Below are positions 54,073-64,000 of a stretch of DNA of 64,000 bases, one piece after another (position 1 is the first letter of the stretch; each line of letters begins with the position of its first letter). The DNA lies in assembly GCA_964016885.1 (NCBI GenBank), contig OZ024740.1:240436001-240500000 (forward strand), given 5' to 3'. Under the pieces are notes generated by a model. It saw only the letters and a program-made list of their open reading frames with translations. It was not told the DNA's origin and did not search any database. Source of the DNA: Eledone cirrhosa. Taxonomy: Eukaryota. Both the position numbers and the translations under genes were made by a program.

Positions 54073-54690
54073 CTAAGACAAATAATTGTTTCTACTAATA
54101 ATAATAAAAAGGTGAGAACAAGGCAGGTCATTAACCTATTTATATTTGTTGACATTTACAACCATTATACTACATGATCTGAGCCCAGTACACCTCCAAT
54201 CAAGCTATTTATGCCAAGATGTCAGTTTTAAGCTGGTTTTGAACCATACTTTATGCCTAGTCTTGTTTTGATTTAACTTTGACCCAATTAGTTAACAATA
54301 ATGATAATTATATAAAGTATGTCAACTCATTAATCACATATTGTAGAGGAACCTAGATATAGTTTATGGTCTATAAGCTTCACAATTCAAATTAATCTAG
54401 TACAGAACTAATCTAGTACAGAACAATAAATGTTTATATTTTAAATTATGTAAAATCTGCAGATACAAAATTGTGTGTGTGTCCAGCATCCCCTCTTAAT
54501 ATATTTAGAAAATCTCAGTTATATGATTCAATTACTCTAACTTATATGTGTTCAATTTCTGATATGCAAGCAAAATTACAAAAGCATAAGTAAACATACA
54601 AAGTAACAGTAAGCAGGACAGATAATGGGGAAGATTATCAAAAAGAGTACAAAGTCATTGAGAAAAGGTAAGGAAGTGGGAAAAAAACAC

Positions 54691-54872
54691 CATGCAGTTG
54701 TATTTAAAATATGAGGAATAATATTTAATATCTGCCAAACTCTTGCAGTGAAGCTGTGCATTCAACATTGCAGCTGTTAATGAGAGCATCAGAGCTGTGG
54801 CTGTGATAATCATGTACCAAGTGCGCCAGTAAAGAAATTTAAAAACAAAGAACACTATTACCATAAAATACA
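54691..54872 (-). CDS. candidate internal exon encoding two hydrophobic segments (YFMVIVFFVFKFLYWRTWYMIITATALMLSLTAAMLNAQLHCKSLADIKYYSSYFKYNCM)
   Basis: acceptor ctccttttctccactaag|, open frame, weak donor atg|gtgttt; phase does not join directly to the 49426 exon. Confidence 0.4.
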
Positions 54873-56016
54873 CTTAGTGGAGAAAAGGAGTCAACATAAT
54901 CAAAAGTGTTTAGATGATGCATAAATTTAGCATATTTTAATCAAGAATTAAGCTTTCAAGTTATAATGAGAACTTCTACAGTCTTTATTGCTATTGTACA
55001 AGATCATTATATCAAGGGGGCTTTTAAAAAAATTATCTCTTAACTTACAAACTGATGTGTTGCTACAAATTATTTTTCAGAATGTTAATTTCATGTATTT
55101 CATAACAATATTTTGAAGAATTTATTCTCTGATTAGTAATATCAGAGTGTCATATTTCTCACATATATGTAATGAGGTCAAATACAAATTTACTCACTAT
55201 GCCATGGACAACTATTTGTACAATTTGGCATGAACTAGTACTGTTCCTAATAATGTATTTTACTTTAATAGAGATCTTGCTTTGGGAGTTAAATTTTAAG
55301 ATACAGTTTTGAATAAATGATGTAATCAAATGAGAAAAATATATATATATAAATTCTTCATTTGAAGCTGATGATTCAATCTATCCCTATCCCAAGTTTT
55401 TCACTTTTATATGGTCATTCAAGTGAAAATAAGGATGTATATATGTATAAAAATATATTTATTTCTTACGTAATGATGACTGAGTAGTGCAATTAATGTG
55501 TCATGCTATATGATACAATTTACAGCATGGCTATTTTAGATTTAAATAAGTAGATAAACCACCAGCAGAAGGATGGGTTGGTTATGGTAGACTAAGTAGG
55601 CAGACTAACAAAAGAAGAAAAACAACCATTTTCTCAGGTGCAATGAAATTATTTAACTCTTAACATCTTCAACCATATGTAACCACATTTTTCAAGACAT
55701 TCTTGAAAAGGACAAAACAACACTATGGCTGCACCAAATTAAAAACTTATGTCTCTAATACTGCAAATGTTCACAGTAAAGATACTATAGACATTTGAAT
55801 TTAAATAAACCGTGTTGTAAATATTTTTCTGCTAAATCATTACAAGAAGTTTAGAGTGAATTTTAGTATTAAAAAAAGGCAAGACATAAAAGCTGGTGGT
55901 ATGGAAAGTCTATCAGATGTAGTTAGTGTGGAAATTCAGTTGGGTGTAGTTAATGCAGAAATTCAGTTTGGTGTGGTTAGTTAAGTGGAGAAAAAGTTAT
56001 ATTCCATTATTGATAT

Positions 56017-56487
56017 CCCGCCGAGGTTAACTTTGCCCTTCATCCTTACGGGGTCGATAAAATAAAGTACCAGTAATGTACTGGGATAATTGCTGGCCTT
56101 GTGCCAAAAGTAGAAACAATTATTGATTTCAACCATTGGGCAGTAGCCATGCCAGAGCAGCACCTCCCACGATTTAGTTGTTCGTTTTTCATTCTGATAC
56201 TCATTTTATCAACCTGTATTTGTTAAACTGCAAAGTCATGGCACAAACAGGGATAATATAAATAGTACTGGTTTTAGACTGTTTTAAACATAAACCACGA
56301 ACATTATATATCATCATGTGGATTGGCAGTATCGGTAGAGGGTTGGACGTATGGAGTTACAGCCCTTGCCATTCTGAGTTCAAATCCTGCCGAGGTTAGC
56401 TTTGCCTTTCATCCTTACAGGGTCGATAAAATAAAGTACCAGCAATGCACAGGGTAATTTGCTGACCTTGTGCCAAACGTAGAAACA
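56017..56487 (+). mobile_element. two separate SINEs with TSDs (56017-56118; 56318-56487)
   Basis: TSD attattgat (56006, 56119); TSD attatatatcatcat (56303, 56488). Confidence 0.88.
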
Positions 56488-56976
56488 ATTATATATCATC
56501 ATCATTACCATTTAAAGTCCATTTTCCACACTAGCATAGGTTAGATGGGTTGTCCTATTTGAGGCAAACCAAGATCAGATGACCATGTCTTGCTCCTACA
56601 AAACCAATTTTGGCTTGGTTTCTATGGCTGGATGCCCCTTCCTAACACCAACAACATTTACAGTGAGTACTGGGTGCTTTTTGTCGTGACACCTATATGA
56701 CAACTTTACAGTGTGCGCTGAGTGTTTTTTGTTGCGAGACATACACAACCACTTTACAGAGTGTGCTGGACACCTACACAACCACCTTACAATGTGGACT
56801 GGGCACTTTTTATTGTATTGCCACCATGACCACTTTAGAGTGTGGGCTGAGGTTTTGGTGGGAAGGGTGTGTGGGGGTTAGAGAGGTAGGTCATGTATGA
56901 GGGGCAGAGTGTTAGAATGTGGGAGGTGTGGAAGGGGGAATGAAGATGAAGGTGGTGCATATATATATATATATAT

Positions 56977-57270
56977 AGCTGTTGAAACTGCGAGAACTCA
57001 GCCGTCAGGTCCCAACTCTTTATAAAATGATTATATTATATACATACATGCATGCATATATATATATGATTGAATCAGTTTGAAACTGGTTCACCATTAC
57101 TCAACAGAATACTCAATATTTGGGTAGTAGAGTATGGATATATTATAAAGAGTCGGGACCCAAGAGCTGAGCTCTGGCAGTTTCAACAGCTAGAGGTAGA
57201 TAGACTTCGCCAGGTGGTGCTATTAGGTTAGACATGGCCTGGACCAATACTGGCCGAAACCTATCAAAGT

Positions 57271-57271
<1 letters not shown>
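56977..57271. mobile_element. two family Y pieces tail-to-tail
   Basis: homology to 35990-36126 and 11090-11145. Confidence 0.65.
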
Positions 57272-57331
<60 letters not shown>

Positions 57332-57507
57332 ATACACACACACACGTGGTGTTGACATCAGCAAGACCATAGAAAAACTGCTTTAAATGTCTCATCCAAC
57401 TAATGTCAGCATGAATAATAAATAAAGAAACAATGAAAACCATCCTCATTATATAATGGGCTTCTGAACAGTTTCCATCTACAAAATATTGATCAACTTA
57501 TTAGTAT

Positions 57508-57570
<63 letters not shown>

Positions 57571-57999
57571 TACCTTATCCTACCAATTTGGTTAGTGAAG
57601 ATGACCATGACAGTAAAGCCACAGATTAAATGCAGTATAGTATTTAGTTTTGTCATCTTTCAGTGTCTTAAAGTCAAGTTCTAACAAAAGCCACCTTTAA
57701 CTCTCATTACTCTGAGATCAATCAAATAAGTACCAGCAATATACTAGACTCATACAATCATCTATATTCCTACATTAATATAGAAAAAAAAAAAAAAAAA
57801 AAAAAAATCAATAATCATTTTATATAAAATATTTAAATTAAAAATGTTAATTAAAGGCCAAAATTAATCATTAATAAAATTATAATTTTCTAGACTATTA
57901 CTTATTTTATCCATCTCTAATTATCAAACTGCTAAGTTATGAAATATAAACAAACAGTACCAGTTTTTAAGTGATGTAAATGGAACATACACACACACA

Positions 58000-58157
58000 T
58001 TTGACAGGCTTCCACACAGTTTTGTCTACCAAATTTCACTTACAGGGCATTGGTGAGCCCAAAGCTGTAATAAAAGATACTTGCTCAATACACTGTGTAG
58101 TGGGACTGAACCTGAAAGCACGGGGTTGTGAAGCAGATGCCTTAACCACACAGCCAC
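58000..58157 (-). mobile_element. tRNA-derived SINE of the second family
   Basis: minus strand tggctgtgtggttaag (A box)...ggttcagtccc (B box)...aaactgtgtggaagcctgtc. Confidence 0.75.
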
Positions 58158-60517
58158 AACTGCTACATTTCAATCAGTTTAATCTCAGATCATCAATCCT
58201 GGATGTGATCATATCTAGGACCCTACACACACATCCAGGAATAAGACCCCAGAAGATAACTGGAGAACAAAGCAATTGAAACAGTGTAATACAAATATTA
58301 TAAATATATACTATTCATAGATCGGCTTTACAAATGAATATCCAAGAATATAAAATGCTATTTATTTCACAGCTGAGGTTAGTAATTCTTTCCTGTCAAC
58401 TCCTGTTATAATAATGTTTTCAATATTCAGAATTCCTTATAAATTACTTAGTATATCAGAAATGAGGATGTCTTCATCATAGTGAAAACTCCAAGACATT
58501 ATAACAAACCAAAGACTACAACTGAGTGGTCACATCTTGCATTGAAATGGACACCAACAAGTGGGAGGAAGAGACAGAGAAAATAATGTACCATATAGCA
58601 TCAAATCTTTCAGGATGACTTAAAGGCTGTCAATAGTGACTGGGAAAACAGACAAAAACATGCAACCAATTGAGAACACCGGAGGAGAACTACTGCTTGG
58701 TGTGCAAACGTGCACAGGATTTAAACTATATTGTCAAAATTCTAAATAACTAGTGCTTTGACATCTATAAAAATATAATTTTCTGTACAGCTTAATGTGA
58801 TTTTAAATTCAAGAAATGTATTATTTATTTAATTTCTAAATGTATTATTAAAATTCTTTTTTTAAATTATACATCCTTCTCCATCTAAAATATGTCAATG
58901 TTTATCAATACTAAACTGTTTTTTGTTAAAGATAAAAATACAGCACTGTATAGCCTATATGAAAAAATATATATATTTAACCTTCTGGGTGCTATCAGTG
59001 ACATAAGCTACCGATAGAGTAAACTCCCCTTAATATATAATGCAGTGTCAAGCAAAGCAATTCATAAGAACATTCAGTGTCCTAAAGGTTAAGTTATCCA
59101 TTATAGAATATTTTGAAACTAATAACATTGCTTGATCCAAGTAAGTGGGAAGTGGCCACGCGTGTGTGTGTGTGTGTGTGTGTGCATGCATATCATCATC
59201 ATTACCATTTAATGGATTTTAAACAGTGATGATATATATATGTGTGTGTGTGCATGTGCGTATGTGTATATATATAAAATAGAAATTCAGTTTTATGACT
59301 GCTATTACATATCCCTTCCTATACCTGGAACAACTCGCCAAAATAAATATTTAATAGGGAGAGAGAGAGAGAAGATAAACAGAAAAAAAAACAATATTTG
59401 TATACCTCATTAGTCAGTTCAATGTTAATTTACAATATATTGAAAGTTGCTCAAAAGGCTAATCATTGACAAAGTCATTTTAAAAAGGTTCCCTTAAACT
59501 TGATGATTAATTACAACAATTATAGAAATTTATTAATTAATATTTTAAAAATAATATATATTTATATATAAAGTTTATAAATTAATATGATTTATATATC
59601 AATATAATTTATATATCAGTGTATTATATTAATATGATTAATATCATGTGAAGTTGAACTAAAAACAAATACTTTATTTAAAACATAACTATAATACTTA
59701 CAAATTAAAACAGCTTATATATTTTTAAACATTTCACCTTTAAAATCTTTGTAAATATGACATAATGCTGGAGTAAAACTTAACAGAACATAAATGGAAT
59801 AATTGAGAAGGAATCGAGGTTAAGGTCATAAAAGGTCTGAGGAAGGTAGGGAGAGAAAGAAGGGAAGATAGATACACAGCATTTAAAAAGCAACCCATGG
59901 AAAAGATTGACAAATTAAGACTACATATAAATCGGAAGAGACAAGTATACAAGAGAAAACTATACACACAATGAAAAATTAAAACGTCAAACGTTTTATA
60001 AAAAAAGAACAATGAATATTGAATCTTACCTTTTTAAATGACAGTTACTTTGATAAAAGTTAATAGTTGAGAGAGAAAGTGAAGAGAGGAGAACTAACAA
60101 GTGTGAATTGTGAAGAATTCTAGTACAATTATTAGATGGTGTGATATTGGGGTTTTGGGTTGAAATTCCAGACAAATTAAAGCAACTAATAAGCTGATAT
60201 ATTTTATTCAAATGAATTGATTTAATTAGAAATAAAAAGTTAAATGTTAAGAAAATGTTAAATTTAATAACATAAATTATATAAAAAATATATATCAACA
60301 TTAACAGAAACATATCAAATAAAAGTTAGAAACTAACAATGTTATTTTAATTTTAAAGAGTTTAATCAGTACTTCATCGTGGTATAATATATATCCCACT
60401 GTCTGAACTCTTTATATTTTATTTGCCAATGAATAGCATCAATAGTTTCTATATATACATTGTTAATAAATATAAAGACATGGTTCTACTTTTCCATACT
60501 TCAATTTATTGAATAAC

Positions 60518-60596
60518 AACCATTATGCACATTTCAGGGGCACCAAATGATTGTTACATAAGAATAACAAGTCAGGTATGCCCTCATCAGACAGCA
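60518..60596 (-). ncRNA. type I hammerhead ribozyme
   Basis: GCUGU-CUGAUGA-GGGCAuACC...GGUGCCCcu-GAAAU-GUGC-AUA-AUGGU, then AATAAA and a tail to a TA tract at ~60450. Confidence 0.7.
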
Positions 60597-60816
60597 TTTT
60601 ACAAAGTTGATTATACGAGGACCAAAGGATTCCGGTTGTGGATTGTGCAAAATCAGGTCAACATATATAATAGAATAGATATGCCTTGCATGACACAAGA
60701 GGCAACTATGGGGGTTGCCATCAGACAGGACATTCACTGTAAAACATTGTCACAAAACATACTGACCAAACCATGCCAGCATAGAAAAGTGGATATAAAA
60801 ATTATATATGTATGTA

Positions 60817-60862
<46 letters not shown>

Positions 60863-61683
60863 CTGATGATCCTTAGTCATGTAAATTCATAATTTCACTT
60901 CTGCCATTGAACAATGCTAATCTCACTGTTTGTTGCAGATATTATAGCTAATAAATTACACTGAATTACATAGTGGAAAGGGAAACACAAAGCCCCATGT
61001 AAGAGTATCTTGCAACACCTTAAAATATTTAGAATAACAGAAAAAAAATGTTTGTAAAAATAAGAAATAAAATGTACCATAATTAAGTTAAGCATCATTC
61101 AAAAATGTGAATTCAATAATACTTATGCTTCATAATTAATAAAACTAATAACAATAAAATGAATATAAGATATTAAAGATTATAACTGAGTGTCAACATT
61201 TATATGTAATATCTTAATGAAAAAATTCAACTGTATATTTAACAAAACAAACAAAATATCCATTTTCAAGTAAAGGATATTTAGTCTTTAATTTATATCA
61301 TTATATATAGCAATAACCTAAATTCCATAACTTTGCTATCAGCTTTATCATCATAGGTTGTTGTCACCGTATTACCAAAGATCAGACTTGCTCCCCACAA
61401 CAGTCTAATTTTAATTAATTTCAGTTAATCTAAATACTGTGGTTGTCTCTTCTGCCTTTTTTTCTTCTCTTCATTATGGCTGTAATTTTCATTATTTAAA
61501 ACTTTTTGTCTTACTATATCAAGTGTGTTAGTACTCCCTTTATTATTTGTAAACAGTTACATTGTATCTTTGCATGTCATAAAAGGCAACTGAGAGTTGG
61601 TGTCAGGAAGAGCATCTGGCCTTAAAACATTGCTTCAAAATGTCCTGTCCAACTCATACCAACTTGGAAAAGTAGACATAAAA

Positions 61684-61801
61684 ATGATGATGATAACAAC
61701 TACAATGACAACGAAGATGATGATGATGACAATAACAACAATTATGACAATGACAATGATGATGATGATTATAATGACGATGGAAATGACGATGGCAATG
61801 A
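61684..61801. repeat. degenerate (ATG/ACA)n trinucleotide tract
   Basis: seen directly. Confidence 0.85.
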
Positions 61802-63318
61802 CAGAAATGTTAAAATAAAAATGTTCAAAATAATAATTTAAAAGTTTGCTGAAGTATCAGTATTATTATTATTATTTTTAACCAACTACTTTATCAGAAA
61901 GTAGAAATTATAAGTATAAGAGATAGAACAACTAAATAAAATAGTGAGCCAACAAATAATTCGAATATATTTGGAAGTTAATTATTTTTGCACATTATTT
62001 ATTGTTGTGTGTATGAAGATTGGAATGTTAATGTGTTATGTTTTGGGATTGATATGGCCAAGAGAGTTCTAGATGCATGAGGTCTACAGATGAAGGACTG
62101 GCAAAGTGTTCACTAAATGGTATAAGAAGAGAAATACAGAAAGGGTTTATGGACGAGGAAACATAGATGAATCTATGGGTGAGACATAAAAACAGCCACA
62201 CCAGAAGAACAGAGTGACATAAACAAAAATGGTTCATGAGAAACTGCAGGTTTATCTATTAGACAGGCAACTGTTTCTTAGGTGAGAATATTTAGGGATG
62301 GAGTGAATCAGGTGGGAATCGCAATTATGGGAGTAGTAGTTCATGGTGGGAATTGCCTGGCCTTATAAAAAAAAATGTTTTGACAATGAGTGACCCATAA
62401 TTCTCAGTGAGATTCAGCATGACACGATATGTAACAAGACTGGCTTTTTGACAATTTCATTCACAAGGCTCTGACCAATACAAAGCTGTGACAAAGGAGA
62501 CTTGCCCAAGATGCCATGCATGATTGTGTTATGTCCTTATGGATAAACAAATACACTGCAACAATGTAATAACAATATAATCGAAACAAACGGCAATAAC
62601 CATACGTAACGGAACAACAATTTTTTAAGAACCAACAATCCAACACGCTAACTCGAACGGTGAACTTTGACTATCAACACATAAACTGTGGAACTAGTAC
62701 CAACTTCACTCACTTACTCAGGTCACTACTGTAGTGGTCCAGCCCATTCTCGCCGGGAATGGGGGGGGGGGGGTCGTACTCTCACACAACAGATTGTAAA
62801 GTGAACTTCATCACCATTCAGACATACTGTCTTCTTCTTGAGAGGGATAACAACTGATCAAGTAAAGGTGAAACAGAAGTTCAAAAACATTTCTTACCAA
62901 CTCAAGAAATTTCAAGACCTTATAAACAACAATTTACTTTCCTGCTAATGAATACACTACCTTCAAAGTGGATATTATTCATTGCATACTACATAGTTTT
63001 CATCAACATTAGAGAATATTAGAGAATCCAACAAAGAAACTTCTACTTGGTCACATGACCTCCTAGAAATAGCAGCCAAGATTCTTTTATATCAGACACC
63101 CATTTTATTTAAAAAGGGGGGAAGGTCACATTTGATAATACAGTCCAACATAAACTATGACTAAAAGGAAACAAAAAAAATGGAATCATCATGGCTAGAA
63201 TACCACTAAGGATAAGTCTACTTAATCTCGGTTGACCTGGGGCTAAACAACAGTAACATAACAAAAGAGAAAGACTGCTAATTGGAGCCATTAGTAATAA
63301 GTTTTTATAAAGATAATG

Positions 63319-63347
<29 letters not shown>

Positions 63348-63350
<3 letters not shown>

Positions 63351-63533
63351 TGTTTCTACTTTTGGCACAAGGCCAGCAATTATCCCAGTGCATTACTGGT
63401 ACTTTATTTTATCGACCTCGTAAGGATGAAAGGCAAAGTTAACCTCGGCGGAGTTTGAACTCAGACCATAAAGGGCCATAACTCTTTGCTGCAAAGCATG
63501 GCGTCCGACCCTCTACCGATATTGCCAATCCAC
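63348..63533 (-). mobile_element. full-length SINE within (TAA)n
   Basis: family head, core and tail. Confidence 0.9.
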
Positions 63534-63549
63534 ATAATAATAATAATAA

Positions 63550-63580
<31 letters not shown>

Positions 63581-63581
63581 A

Positions 63582-63810
63582 AGGAAAGGGGCCAGAACCA
63601 ACTGGACGAAAGAATTGAATAGAACTGTTATGCAATGCTACCTGAAAAGTAACCCCAAGGAGAGGGGCTACAGGAGACGGATGCATAACATCTGGAACGA
63701 GATTGGTTTATTTAAATTAGATGAACAAAAATTGGCCGGGCAGGCTCGGGTAATAAGAACTAATGGGTGGATAAGCGAGCTGGAACTGGAGGAACTGAGC
63801 AGAGAGATGA
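63582..63810 (+). mobile_element. N-terminal Myb-like region of an R4/Dong-type LINE
   Basis: WTKELNRTVMQCYLKSNPKERGYRRRMHNIW...EQKLAGQARVIRTNGWISELELEEL. Confidence 0.7.
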
Positions 63811-63820
63811 CTTGGGATGA

Positions 63821-63955
63821 CCCAAGATGACTTGGGATGAGGTGATAAAAGCCGACCTTACCCAACTACACCTCTCAAAGTCAATGACACACGACCGTGA
63901 CTTCTGGCGTCACGCAGTAATACAGGGTACCCGACCTCCCATGGGTACATGCTGA
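63821..63955 (+). mobile_element. RTE-like LINE 3' end
   Basis: PKMTWDEVIKADL...MTHDRDFWRHAV. Confidence 0.65.
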
Positions 63956-64000
63956 AGCATATAAACAATATGCCCCCCCCCCCACCGCAAGGTGGTCGTG

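Noticed and set aside
58480-58730. Further host exon
   Set aside because: Raised GC and an acceptor-like site on the minus strand, but all three frames stop soon after it
59835-59860. CTGAGGA...GAAA, and other isolated CTGANGA hits (25892, 36819, 45998, 55368, 60863)
   Set aside because: No stem II, stem III or stem I; several lie in coding or SINE sequence
61597-61818. Met/Thr-rich ORF
   Set aside because: Expanded (GAT)n retroelement tail

Overview
AT-rich, microsatellite-dense animal DNA. The SINE/LINE repertoire looks like an octopus or other coleoid cephalopod (inference). The first ~41 kb is almost all transposon debris: three large RTE LINE pieces (one near-intact, with three C-terminal C2H2 fingers), an R4/Dong-type RLE LINE, a CRE-like LINE, Naiad-type Penelope-like element (PLE) fragments, a split mariner, a MITE, a non-autonomous Helitron and about 20 copies of a Meta-domain-like SINE. 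The right part holds a terminal coding exon and probably a second exon of an unidentified minus-strand host gene. The main signal not shown by the ORF track is about 20 whole or partial type I hammerhead ribozyme (HHR) motifs, from several short non-coding families that end at (TA)n/(GA)n tracts. One family shows compensatory base changes. Many copies are outward-facing inverted pairs or foldback hairpins, so the ribozyme and its antisense copy sit in one long stem-loop. All calls are by eye; no searches or folding were run.
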